A DNA stretch of 26,064 nt from a virus. Taxonomy: Duplodnaviria > Caudoviricetes. This document shows, piece by piece, positions 8,220 through 17,266 of this stretch. Made by a program: the position numbers and the translations under genes. The notes under the pieces are model-generated. The model ran no database searches, was not told the origin of the DNA, and saw only the letters and a program-made list of their open reading frames with translations. Position 1 is the stretch's first letter; every line of letters begins with the position of its first letter. The stretch lies in IMG/VR virus record IMGVR_UViG_3300038318_000020, positions 1 through 26,064 of that record; one strand, 5' to 3'.

Positions 8220-8709
8220 ATATTCACGTACTGATCTTGATATTATATTTGGAAAGACTAAACCAACTGTAAGCAAGAAAGGATTTAGAAAATATCCTAA
8301 TGATTATAATCCTATATTGGAATACTGGGAGCAAATACAAAATGACAAAACTTTAGTAAGCAAAAAAGTATATCAACAATATGAGGAAATAGTAAGATGG
8401 ATTAAAGAAGATGGTTATAAAGAGTGGTACTATTCTCCCGAAAGAGCTAACCATATAATAGAATTTGCTGAAAACTTTTGCTGCCATTCCAAAGGCAAGA
8501 TGGCAGGTAAAAAGGTAGTATTAGAACTTTGGGAAAAAGCATATTTAGCAAGTGTATATGGGTTTATAGACATAGAGGGGAACAGAAAGCACCAAAGGGT
8601 AGTTCTGATTGTAGGGAAAAAGAATGGTAAATCCTTACTGGATTCAATTATGGGTCTTTATGGATTAGTTGGTGATAGTGAAGGCGGACCTGAGATATAT
8701 GCAGTCGCT
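8179..8709 (+). CDS. terL: terminase large subunit, exon 1 (177 codons)
   Basis: LELWEK adenine-binding motif, Walker A VGKKNGKS; ends at EIYAVA at the group I 5' splice site. Confidence 0.9.
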
Positions 8710-8775
8710 AGAATGGTGGCGACTTTAAATCGGGTAAAATCGGTGAAGGCTAAATTTAATATATAGAAACAAACA

Positions 8776-8804
8776 TTGACCAAGCAATATATTAATGATA
8801 TAAT
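8776..8804 (+). promoter_or_regulatory. intron-internal sigma-A promoter for the endonuclease
   Basis: TTGACC-17 bp-TATAAT with extended TG; GAGGTG RBS at 8813-8818. Confidence 0.75.
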
Positions 8805-8824
8805 AATATTGTGAGGTGAATGTA

Positions 8825-9679
8825 ATGAAGATTGTGGGTATTTATAAAATAACAAATTTAATAGATGGAAAAGTGTATATAGGGCAAACAGTAAACTACA
8901 ATAAAAGAAAGAAAAAACATTTAAGCAGTTTGAAAAATGGGAACCATCATAACGAACATCTACAAAGAGCCTTTGATAAGTATGGAGAAGATTCTTTTAA
9001 GATAGAGTTAATTAAAAAATGCAATATTGAAGAACTTGATAAATTAGAAAGATATTACATTAAGGAATTAGACGCTTGTAACCATGACAAAGGTTATAAT
9101 ATGATGTATGGTGGTCAGAGATATAGAAACTTTACAAAGAAAGTAAGGTTAAAAATGAGCGAGAAGGGTAAAGGTAGGAAATTTACAAATGAGCATAAAA
9201 AGAAAATAAGTCTTGCACAAAAAGGTAAAGTTATATCTCAAGAATCTATTGATAAAGCTAATGCGACAAAGAAAAAATTAAGAGTGCATTGTGGTGAAAA
9301 AAATCCAAATACATTAATTAGTGATAATGTTGCAGAAAAAATAATTATAGATTTATTAGAAGGAATTCCCATAAATGATATAGCAGATAAATATCAAGTT
9401 AGCAATGATGTAGTTTACAATCTTATGTATAATAGGTCATATTTGCACATCATGCCAGATGTGAGGGAAGAATTGAAAAACAGGACATCTATTTTACAAA
9501 CAAATAAAATAGAATCTGCTATTAAAATGTATTTACAGGGGCATTCTCAAAATGAGATTGCTAAAACTTTAAACATTAGCAGAAATACATTGAGAAGAGA
9601 ATTAAAAACTAGGAATATAAACCCACAAATAAATGTTAATCAATATGTTAAACAAGCTAATACCGAGGTAATCTTATAG
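8825..9679 (+). CDS. intron-encoded GIY-YIG homing endonuclease (NUMOD3 repeats, C-terminal HTHs)
   Basis: GIYKITN...VYIGQT, HHNEHLQRAFDKYG, LERYYI, GYN; EHKKKISLAQKG NUMOD3-like; SQNEIAKTLNISRNTLRR HTH. Confidence 0.92.
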   Translation: MKIVGIYKITNLIDGKVYIGQTVNYNKRKKKHLSSLKNGNHHNEHLQRAFDKYGEDSFKIELIKKCNIEELDKLERYYIKELDACNHDKGYNMMYGGQRYRNFTKKVRLKMSEKGKGRKFTNEHKKKISLAQKGKVISQESIDKANATKKKLRVHCGEKNPNTLISDNVAEKIIIDLLEGIPINDIADKYQVSNDVVYNLMYNRSYLHIMPDVREELKNRTSILQTNKIESAIKMYLQGHSQNEIAKTLNISRNTLRRELKTRNINPQINVNQYVKQANTEVIL

Positions 9680-9877
9680 ATTGCTAAAGGCTATGAGACA
9701 CCGTAACGCGTAGAGGATGAATAGATATAATTCCTCCAAGAGTGCCCGGCAACCAATAAAGGTTATCTTTTTTATTGGTTGAAAATGTACGCTAAACTGA
9801 GTTGGAAATGACCAACTAATGAGAATGAGGGAAACCTCCAGAGCATAGGATAAAAAGCCTATGGGTAATACTAATTG

Positions 9878-11134
9878 ACTAAGAAAGACCAAGCCAAAAT
9901 AGTATGGCAAGAAGCCAAGAGAATGGTTAATAAATCCCCTACCCTCAAAAAAAGAATAAGAACATTAGTAGGGGAGATTGATTCTGATTTTAATGATGGA
10001 GTATTTAAGGCATTAGCTTCTGATAGTGATAGCCTTGACGGACTAAACATCCATGTAGTAATAATGGATGAATGGCATCAGTGGAAAAATGGCAGAGCAT
10101 TATATGACATAATGGCTGATGGTATAACAGCAAGGGAACAGCCATTGATTATTATGACTTCTACTGCTGGGACTATTAGAGAAGATATATTTGATGAAAT
10201 ATATGAAGAGGCGGAAATACAATTTAATAATATGAAATTAGGAAACGAGGTTGATGATAGAACCTTGTTTTTTATTTATGAACTTGATAAAAAGGCTGAA
10301 TGGTGGGATGCAAATAATTGGATTAAGGCTAATCCAGGTTTAGGTACTATCAAGAAATTAAGAGCATTACAAGATAAAGCTAAAAGAGTGGCCGACAATC
10401 CAAAACTAGAGAAGAATTTTGTATGTAAAGAATTTAATATAAGAGAAACAAGTTCAGAATCATGGCTACCGTTTGAAGTCTTAAATAATACAGCTACATT
10501 TGATATAGAAAAATTAAAACCTAGGTATTGTGTTGCAGGAATTGACCTTGGAGCAACCACAGACTTAACTTGCGCAACGATAATATTTAGAGTACCTGAT
10601 GATCCGATTCTGTATGTGAAACAGATGTATTGGTTACCAGGTGATTTATTAGAAAAGAGAACAAGAGAAGATAAAATACCATATTCTACATGGTTAGACG
10701 ATGGCCTATTAAGAGTAAGTGAAGGTAATAAAGTTAATTACAAAGATGTTACGAAGTGGCTTTTGGAAGTCCAAAATGATATGGATATTTATATATTCAA
10801 GATTGGTTATGATAGTTGGAGTTCAACTTATTTGATAGATGAACTAGAACAGAATTTTGGAAAGATAACTGAAGCAGTCGTTCAAGGTGCAAAGACTTTT
10901 TCTAACCCTTTAAAGAGAGTAGAGGCAGAATTAGAAGCTAAAAGAATAAATTATGGAAACAACCCAATTTTCAAATGGAACCTCTCGAACAGTGCGATTA
11001 GCGTTGACAGGAATGACAATATTGCATTGGTTAAAACAAGTAATCCAAGACGTAGGATTGATGGTGTTGCCTCGTTCATGGATGCCTACATTGTGCTCGA
11101 AAGAAATTACCAAGAATATATGAATATAATATAG
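9878..11134 (+). CDS. terL: terminase large subunit, exon 2 (spliced protein 595 aa)
   Basis: TKKDQA, Walker B VIMDE, coupling motif TSTAG, WIKANPGLG, nuclease GIDLG and RIDG. Confidence 0.92.
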   Translation, partial: TKKDQAKIVWQEAKRMVNKSPTLKKRIRTLVGEIDSDFNDGVFKALASDSDSLDGLNIHVVIMDEWHQWKNGRALYDIMADGITAREQPLIIMTSTAGTIREDIFDEIYEEAEIQFNNMKLGNEVDDRTLFFIYELDKKAEWWDANNWIKANPGLGTIKKLRALQDKAKRVADNPKLEKNFVCKEFNIRETSSESWLPFEVLNNTATFDIEKLKPRYCVAGIDLGATTDLTCATIIFRVPDDPILYVKQMYWLPGDLLEKRTREDKIPYSTWLDDGLLRVSEGNKVNYKDVTKWLLEVQNDMDIYIFKIGYDSWSSTYLIDELEQNFGKITEAVVQGAKTFSNPLKRVEAELEAKRINYGNNPIFKWNLSNSAISVDRNDNIALVKTSNPRRRIDGVASFMDAYIVLERNYQEYMNII

Positions 11135-11139
11135 AATTA

Positions 11140-11148
11140 TGATATAAT
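11140..11148 (+). promoter_or_regulatory. extended -10 sigma-A promoter (TGaTATAAT)
   Basis: Same motif and the same 7-nt distance to the leader's G (11155) as at 6666. Confidence 0.7.
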
Positions 11149-11152
11149 TTAT

Positions 11153-11270
11153 ATGTAGGATAGTTATGGACTAGCTACCCATAATGACAAGAAGGAAGCC
11201 CGAACCTTCTTCCTACATACATAAAATTAAACATTCGGGCAAGCTAAACACTATCGGAGGTGTATTTGTT
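11153..11270 (+). ncRNA. structured leader RNA, copy 2
   Basis: P1 ATGTAGGA/TCCTACAT, P2 TTATGG/CCATAA, P3 AGAAGG/CCTTCT with loop AAGCCCGAA complementary to TTCGGGC 11234-11240; ACACTATCGGAGGTGTATTT before the ATG. Confidence 0.72.
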
Positions 11271-11738
11271 ATGGCTAAAAAGATAAAAGTAAAATGCAAA
11301 ATAGACGGGAGTATATGGATGGCGAAAGGTAATCATTTATTAAATGGACATGGATGCCCAGCGTGTAGTGAAAGCAAAGGTGAAAAGATGATTAGAAAGT
11401 ATTTAAGGAAAAAACATATTAAATATAGAAGTCAGTATAAGATGGCAAAATATAAAAATGAGCGTTCATTACCATTTGATTTTGCAATATTTAATAATAG
11501 TAAATTGATAGCATTAATGGAATATCAAGGAATACAACATTATGAACCCATAGAATATTTCGGTGGAGAGAAGATGTTTAAATATCAAAGAGAAAATGAC
11601 AACATAAAAAGAAATTATTGCAAAATAAATGATATACCATTAATAGAAATACCATATACTGTAGATAATATTGAAGGATATTTAGACAAACAATTGTCAG
11701 AATTAGATAAATCAATACGATTAGCACTTACTAGATAG
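11271..11738 (+). CDS. Vsr/DUF559/DUF2726-like PD-(D/E)xK endonuclease, possibly N-terminally shortened
   Basis: GCPACSESKGE, LPFDF, EYQGIQHY, DNIKRNYC, LIEIPY; GGAGGTG RBS supports ATG 11271. Confidence 0.8.
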   Translation: MAKKIKVKCKIDGSIWMAKGNHLLNGHGCPACSESKGEKMIRKYLRKKHIKYRSQYKMAKYKNERSLPFDFAIFNNSKLIALMEYQGIQHYEPIEYFGGEKMFKYQRENDNIKRNYCKINDIPLIEIPYTVDNIEGYLDKQLSELDKSIRLALTR

Positions 11739-11753
11739 TAGGTGCTTTTATTA
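11723..11753 (+). terminator. intrinsic terminator
   Basis: AGCACTTACT-agat-AGTAGGTGCT followed by TTTATT. Confidence 0.7.
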
Positions 11754-11777
11754 TGTTTAATTTAAGGAGGTGAGTAC

Positions 11778-12932
11778 TTGGGATTATTAAATAAAATAAA
11801 AAGCACTTTTAGCAATGCGACAAAAGTTAGTAGAGTAAAAATGATAACCGATAGAGGAAATGGCTTTTATTCATGGGATGGCAAACTTTATAAAAGTGAT
11901 ATAGTAAGAGCTTGTATACGGCCACGAGTAAAGGCAATAGGTAAACTAATACCTAAACATATAAGGAATGGCCCTGATGGATTGAAAATAAATCCAGAAC
12001 CATATATGAGGTTTTTATTAACAGAGCCTAATCCATATATGAGTGGTCAAATGCTACAAGAAAAAGTTGCAAACCAATTGGCATTAAATAGTAATGCTTT
12101 TATATTAATTATTAAAGATGAAAATGGCTATCCTATAGAACTTTACCCTGTACCATGTTTAACAGCTGAAGCTATATATGATAAATCAGGGAATTTGTAT
12201 TTAAAATTTTATTACAGAAATGGTAGAACAGGTATATTCCCTTATTCTGACATAATTCATTTAAGAGATGATTATAACGATAATGATATATTTGGGGATC
12301 CTCCAGGTGAAGCTTTAACAAGTTTAATGGAAGTTATAGGGACAATAGATCAGGGTATGGTAAAGGCAATAAAAAATAGTGGTGTAATTAGATGGTTATT
12401 GCAATTTCAACAATCTCTAAGGCCAGAGGATATAGAAAAGAATGTTAAACAGTTTGCGGATACTTATTTAAGTATAGAATCAGATACATTTGGTGTTGCT
12501 GGTGTAGATGCAAAAGCAGATGCCAAACAAATAGAGCCGACAGATTATGTACCGAATGCAGCTCAAACTGATAGAACAACAGAAAGGATATATTCATTTT
12601 TCAACACTAACAAGAAGATAGTCCAATCTAGTTACAATGAAGATGAATGGATAAGCTATTATGAAGCAAGGATTGAACCTGATGCATTGCAAATGGCTAA
12701 TGAATATACAAGGAAGTTATTTACACGTAGGGAAAGAGGGTTTGGTAATAAAATCATATTTGAAAGTTCTAATTTAAACTTTGCTAGTATGCAAACTAAA
12801 CTAAATCTAGTCCAATATGTAGATAGAGGAATCATGAATCCTAATGAAGTAAGAGAAATACTCAATATGGCACCAAGAGAAGGCGGAGACGAATATATCC
12901 GTAGACTTGATACTAGACCAGCAGATGAGTAG
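11778..12932 (+). CDS. HK97-family portal protein
   Basis: VRACI, PNPYMS, NAFILI, DIIHLR, GIMNPNEVREILNM; position after terL. Confidence 0.92.
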   Translation: MGLLNKIKSTFSNATKVSRVKMITDRGNGFYSWDGKLYKSDIVRACIRPRVKAIGKLIPKHIRNGPDGLKINPEPYMRFLLTEPNPYMSGQMLQEKVANQLALNSNAFILIIKDENGYPIELYPVPCLTAEAIYDKSGNLYLKFYYRNGRTGIFPYSDIIHLRDDYNDNDIFGDPPGEALTSLMEVIGTIDQGMVKAIKNSGVIRWLLQFQQSLRPEDIEKNVKQFADTYLSIESDTFGVAGVDAKADAKQIEPTDYVPNAAQTDRTTERIYSFFNTNKKIVQSSYNEDEWISYYEARIEPDALQMANEYTRKLFTRRERGFGNKIIFESSNLNFASMQTKLNLVQYVDRGIMNPNEVREILNMAPREGGDEYIRRLDTRPADE

Positions 12933-12943
12933 GAGGTGAGTAA

Positions 12944-13639
12944 GTGGCTAATAAAGTAAAAATAAAAGGTGTAATCATACCAAATGATTATAAGTGGGTT
13001 TATGATTGGTTCGACATGGATTCTACTTGTCCCAATGATGTATCGAAAGTGTTAGAAACTTTAAATAATGAAGAAGTAGAAGTTGAGATTAATAGTGGTG
13101 GAGGTGATGTTTATTCAGGTAGTGAAATTTATACGGCTTTAAAAGATTATAAGGGCAATAAGGTAGTAAAAATAGTAGGAATAGCTGCGAGTGCTGCTAG
13201 TATTGTGGCAATGGCGGGTGATAAAGTATTAATATCTCCTACTGCACAAATAATGATTCATAATGTATCAAGTACAGCATCGGGAGATTATAGAGATTTA
13301 GAGCATGAAGCAGAGGTAATTAAAAATTATAACAGCACAATAGTAAATGCTTATACCCTTAAAACTGGTATGAAGAAAAATGACTTATTGGAAATGATGA
13401 ATAAAGAGACATGGTTGACACCTGAAAAAGCTTTGGAATATAAATTTGTAGATGAAATAATGTTCCAAGAAGAGTCTAGAATGGTTGCTAGTTATAATAA
13501 TATGATACCAATTGAAGTAATAAACAAAATAAGAAATACAGTTAAAGGTCCGATTAATTCAGAAAATGGTGAATCGGATATTTTAATGTCAAAATACAAC
13601 TATTTAAAATTAAAAGGAGAGTGTAAAGATGAATTTTAA
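12944..13639 (+). CDS. ClpP-like prohead maturation protease
   Basis: INSGGGDV, GIAASAAS (catalytic Ser), IMIHN, ETWLTPEKA. Confidence 0.93.
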   Translation: MANKVKIKGVIIPNDYKWVYDWFDMDSTCPNDVSKVLETLNNEEVEVEINSGGGDVYSGSEIYTALKDYKGNKVVKIVGIAASAASIVAMAGDKVLISPTAQIMIHNVSSTASGDYRDLEHEAEVIKNYNSTIVNAYTLKTGMKKNDLLEMMNKETWLTPEKALEYKFVDEIMFQEESRMVASYNNMIPIEVINKIRNTVKGPINSENGESDILMSKYNYLKLKGECKDEF

Positions 13640-14861
13640 AGAATATCAAGAAAAAAGAAATGCTTTGATGGCGGAAGTAAAAGAGTTTTTAGACAAAAGC
13701 AACGCAAAGGAAGCGGACAAGAAAATGGAAGAAGTAAAGGAGTTAGATAATAAGTGGGAAGAAATAAAACTTGCACAGGCTAATTTCAATGCTTTAAATG
13801 ATGATCCTAAAGGATTAGACATTACTAATTTAGCAGGTGATAAAGGAGTTGATGGCGTAGTGGTAGATACTTTAGATAAAAATGCAATTGCAACGGATAT
13901 TGATATTTATGATTCTGTTGAGTACAGAAAAGCATTTATGAATAATGTTGTGAAAGGAACTCCAATTCCTGAAAAATTCCAAAATGTGGACCAAAATACA
14001 ACTACCAGTGACGTAGGTTCAGTAATACCTACTACAGTTTTAGAAAAGATAGTTGAAAAATTAGAAGCTACAGGAATGATTTTACCACTTGTAACTAGAA
14101 CATCATACAAAGGCGGACTTGCAATTCCTACATCAAGTGTTAAGCCAGTAGCTACTTGGGTAGCTGAGGGCGCAGGAAGTGAGAAACAAAAGAAAACCAC
14201 AGGGCAAATTGTATTTAGTTACTACAAATTAAGATGTGCAGTATCTGTGTCATTTGAAACTAGTGTTGTTACACTTGGGGTATTTGAAACTACTTTAATA
14301 AACAATATAGCTGAAGCTATGACCAAAGCTTTAGAGCAATCTATTATCACTGGATCTGGGGAAGGACAACCAGAAGGTATTTTAACTGAAACAGCTCCAG
14401 AAGGACAAAATATTGAGATTGCAGCAGATGCTGATGTTGACTATGAAACATTAATTAATGCAGAAGCCGCTTTACCATTATCCTACGAATCCGAAGCAGT
14501 ATGGTGCATGACTAAAAAGACATTTATGAAATTTATAGGAATGACTGACCAAAACGGACAACCTATTGCTAGAGTTAATTATGGGGTTTCAGGCAGACCA
14601 GAAAGAACATTACTAGGTAGAACTGTAGTACTGAATGATTACATGACAAGCCTTGGCGCTACAATAGAAAATGATACGGTTGTGGCTTTTCTGTTTAACT
14701 TTAAGGATTACGTCCTGAATACAAACTACAACATAACTGTGAAACGTTATGAAGATAACGACACTGATGACCAAGTGACAAAAGCTATCATGCTTGTGGA
14801 TGGTAAGGTTGTGGATAAGAACTCGCTTGTAACCATAACTAAGAAAGTTGTTGTAGGTTAA
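13629..14861 (+). CDS. HK97-fold major capsid protein with N-terminal scaffold (delta) domain
   Basis: Coiled-coil N-terminus, VIPT, WVAEG, GSGEGQPEGIL, TLLGRTV. Confidence 0.92.
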   Translation: MNFKEYQEKRNALMAEVKEFLDKSNAKEADKKMEEVKELDNKWEEIKLAQANFNALNDDPKGLDITNLAGDKGVDGVVVDTLDKNAIATDIDIYDSVEYRKAFMNNVVKGTPIPEKFQNVDQNTTTSDVGSVIPTTVLEKIVEKLEATGMILPLVTRTSYKGGLAIPTSSVKPVATWVAEGAGSEKQKKTTGQIVFSYYKLRCAVSVSFETSVVTLGVFETTLINNIAEAMTKALEQSIITGSGEGQPEGILTETAPEGQNIEIAADADVDYETLINAEAALPLSYESEAVWCMTKKTFMKFIGMTDQNGQPIARVNYGVSGRPERTLLGRTVVLNDYMTSLGATIENDTVVAFLFNFKDYVLNTNYNITVKRYEDNDTDDQVTKAIMLVDGKVVDKNSLVTITKKVVVG

Positions 14862-15169
14862 TGTATATCGTAATTAAATCGTTTAAAGATAAGTACACCG
14901 GGGAGATAATCCTCCCCGGTAGTTCATTTATATGCGATGAAAATGAGCGGATAAAAGATTTAATTAATAGGGGGCTAATCAAAAAGACTGAGACTGAGGC
15001 AGAAGACGGGGGCTGGAAAGATTATCTTCAAAAGTACCCCGCAACGATAGAATACCTGTCAAGTTACACTAAAAAAGAATTGCAAGCCATACTTGAAGAT
15101 AAGGGTATCGAGTACAACACAAGACAGACAAAGACTGAATTAATAAAGCTGCTTAAAGGCGGTGATTAG
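14861..15169 (+). CDS. small head-associated protein with C-terminal HeH/Rho-N-like motif
   Basis: VIKSFKDKYTG N-terminus; TKKELQAILEDKGIEYNTRQTKTELIKLL. Confidence 0.65.
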   Translation: MYIVIKSFKDKYTGEIILPGSSFICDENERIKDLINRGLIKKTETEAEDGGWKDYLQKYPATIEYLSSYTKKELQAILEDKGIEYNTRQTKTELIKLLKGGD

Positions 15170-15451
15170 ATGATACAAGATATAAAAGATGCTTTAAGAG
15201 TGAGCGGTGATGATTTAGATACAGAAATTCAAGACTTAATAGAAAGTGCAAAAGCAGATTTGATTTTATCAGGAGTAAATAAAGATAAAGTTGTAGACAC
15301 AGATCCCTTAATAAAACGGGCCATAATCGTCTACTGTAAAGCAAATTTTGGATATGATGATGTAAATATGGCAACAAGATTTGAACAGTCCTATATAAGT
15401 TTAAAACATCATCTTACATTGTTGGCTGAATATACTGTAGGTGATGAGTAA
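15170..15451 (+). CDS. head-tail connector (gp6/gp15-like)
   Basis: IKDALRV..DDLDTEIQDLIESA motif, size and position. Confidence 0.85.
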   Translation: MIQDIKDALRVSGDDLDTEIQDLIESAKADLILSGVNKDKVVDTDPLIKRAIIVYCKANFGYDDVNMATRFEQSYISLKHHLTLLAEYTVGDE

Positions 15452-15662
15452 TGTTTTTTTTAAATAGAGTTAAGAAAATATTTCAATTAAAAAATGACGG
15501 CCCAAGAAAAATCATAGCAAGGTCAAACATAATACAGTACGACGATATGGGCTACCCTTTAAGATTATGTATTATGGATGACGGAAAGCAAATTTGGTTA
15601 GATTCTTACAATGAGGAAACGGACTTAGTTTGTGAATGGAAGTTTGTAGGTGATGAGTAATG
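15436..15662 (+). repeat. 18-bp direct repeat TGTAGGTGATGAGTAATG flanking the 69-aa ORF
   Basis: Exact copies at 15436-15453 and 15645-15662. Confidence 0.9.
15451..15660 (+). CDS. hypothetical protein (69 aa) inserted in the neck module
   Basis: TAATG coupling at both ends; AGGTG RBS. Confidence 0.7.
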   Translation: MFFLNRVKKIFQLKNDGPRKIIARSNIIQYDDMGYPLRLCIMDDGKQIWLDSYNEETDLVCEWKFVGDE

Positions 15663-15980
15663 AGAGATTATAGGCACAAAATAGACTTTATACAACAAGT
15701 AAAAGGCAGAGACGAATACGGGGACCCTATTGACACATGGGAAACATTTAAAAGTGGTATATGGGCCAGTAAAGATCCCTTACTGGGAAATGAATTCTTT
15801 GCTGCCTTAACCACAGATAACAAAGTAGAAGTTAAATTTAACATGAGGTATATAGAGGGAATAACATCAGAAATGAGAATAAGACAGGGTGATGAAGTAT
15901 ACGAAATCATAGGTCAGCCTGTAAATGTTAAAGGATTAAATAGAGAATTGCTATGTTACTGTAGGTTGGTGAAAAAGTAA
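15660..15980 (+). CDS. head closure protein (SPP1 gp16-like)
   Basis: YRHKIDF, DEYG, EFFAA, MRY, ITSEMRI, YEI motifs. Confidence 0.88.
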   Translation: MRDYRHKIDFIQQVKGRDEYGDPIDTWETFKSGIWASKDPLLGNEFFAALTTDNKVEVKFNMRYIEGITSEMRIRQGDEVYEIIGQPVNVKGLNRELLCYCRLVKK

Positions 15981-16447
15981 TGGCTAATAATTTTAAATTT
16001 AAAGTAGAAGGTATGGATAAGCTTCAAAAGGATTTAGAAAAAATAGGTCAGGTACCACAAAAATATGTAACAGCAAGTGCAAGAAGAGGAATGAATATAG
16101 CTTTAAAAGATTCAAAAGCAAATGCACCATACGATACGGGAATGTTGAAAAAAGGTATCGTAATGAAAGGCGAACGAGCCAGAGCAAAGGGCAAGAAAGT
16201 ATATAGAATCGTCTTTGATAGAAATATGAATGATGTATTTCAAAAACCTAACAAAGAAGGTAAAGTTACAGGTTACTATCCGATATCGCAAGAATATGGA
16301 TTCTTTGCAAAGAATGGAAGATATATACCAGGATATCGTTTCATCCATGATAGCTTAATTGATAACACGTCTAAAATAGAAAAAACTATAGTATCTGAAA
16401 TGCAAAAGAGAATAGATATTGAAATAATGAAAGCGGGGTTAAAGTAA
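15980..16447 (+). CDS. HK97 gp10-like neck/tail-completion protein
   Basis: VEGMDKL, APYDTGMLKKGI, QEYG, PGYRFI. Confidence 0.85.
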   Translation: MANNFKFKVEGMDKLQKDLEKIGQVPQKYVTASARRGMNIALKDSKANAPYDTGMLKKGIVMKGERARAKGKKVYRIVFDRNMNDVFQKPNKEGKVTGYYPISQEYGFFAKNGRYIPGYRFIHDSLIDNTSKIEKTIVSEMQKRIDIEIMKAGLK

Positions 16448-16836
16448 TGGAAACAGCGCTAAGATATGAACTGGTAAAAGCAATACCAGAACTGAGCAAT
16501 CAAATATACCCTACAAACGCACCAGAAGGTGCTACTGGTCCATACTTAGTATATGCGAGGATTAGCACAAAAACAATAAAAACTCTTGAAGGATTGACAG
16601 ATAAAGAATCAATTTCTTATATGTTTTCTATTATGGCTGTAAAGTATTCTGATATGGTAAGAATTAGAAAACAAGTAACTGATTTATTAAAAGGAATGGC
16701 ACAGAGAGCTATAGGGGCACAAGGGATATATATTGAGGATATAGATATAAACAATATAGACGAGCAGTATGAACATGAACTTAAAGTAAACAGAGGGATT
16801 ATAGATTTTACAATTTATTTTGAGGAGGTAAAATAA
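16447..16836 (+). CDS. tail terminator/completion protein (gp17/DUF3168-like)
   Basis: IYPTNAPEGATGPYLVY motif; position before the tube protein. Confidence 0.75.
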   Translation: METALRYELVKAIPELSNQIYPTNAPEGATGPYLVYARISTKTIKTLEGLTDKESISYMFSIMAVKYSDMVRIRKQVTDLLKGMAQRAIGAQGIYIEDIDINNIDEQYEHELKVNRGIIDFTIYFEEVK

Positions 16837-16837
16837 T

Positions 16838-17266
16838 ATGGGTAAAGCAACAAGAGCGTTAGGTACAAAATTATCCAAAGGCACAGAAGCGTCTGTGGAT
16901 ATTGCAGGACTGACTTCTATTGGTGGAATAGAGATTAAAGCAGATACTGTAGATACTACCACATTAGATTCTGATGGGGGTTATAAAGAGTTTATAGGTG
17001 GATTTAAGGATGCAGGAGAAGTGCCTATAGAAGGTTTTTTTGATCCTGGAAATACAGGACAGGTTGAAATGCAAAGTGCATTAGACACAGGTGTTGCTGA
17101 AGATTATAAAATAACATTTCCTACCACACCACAAGCCGAATGGGCTTTTAAAGGGGTTGTAACAGGGTTTAAAGTAGGAGATGTAGATGTAGATGGGACT
17201 ATAGGGTTTGGGGCCACTCTAAAAATTAGTGGTAAACCTGTCTTAACAGTAGGGGCAGCAGGCTAG
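16838..17266 (+). CDS. major tail tube protein
   Basis: DTVDTTTLDS.GGYKEFIGGFKDAG, FKGVV, LKISGKP. Confidence 0.88.
   Translation: MGKATRALGTKLSKGTEASVDIAGLTSIGGIEIKADTVDTTTLDSDGGYKEFIGGFKDAGEVPIEGFFDPGNTGQVEMQSALDTGVAEDYKITFPTTPQAEWAFKGVVTGFKVGDVDVDGTIGFGATLKISGKPVLTVGAAG

Larger units (their letters stand above)
8710..9877 (+). mobile_element. group I intron (IA-type, 1168 nt) in terL
   Basis: P1 AGTCGCT/GGCGACT with U8709-G8718 wobble; P3 8730-8735/9744-9749; P4 8740-8744/9662-9666; P7 GCGTA 9708-9712/TACGC 9788-9792; P8 9750-9781; terminal G9877; splicing restores in-frame YAVA-TKKDQA. Confidence 0.92.

Noticed and set aside
8710-8766. terL as a truncated pseudogene (195 aa + 419 aa pieces)
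   Set aside because: Explained by a group I intron with an intact core and in-frame splicing.
9674-9910. 78-aa minus-strand ORF
   Set aside because: It is antisense to the ribozyme core and has no recognisable motifs.
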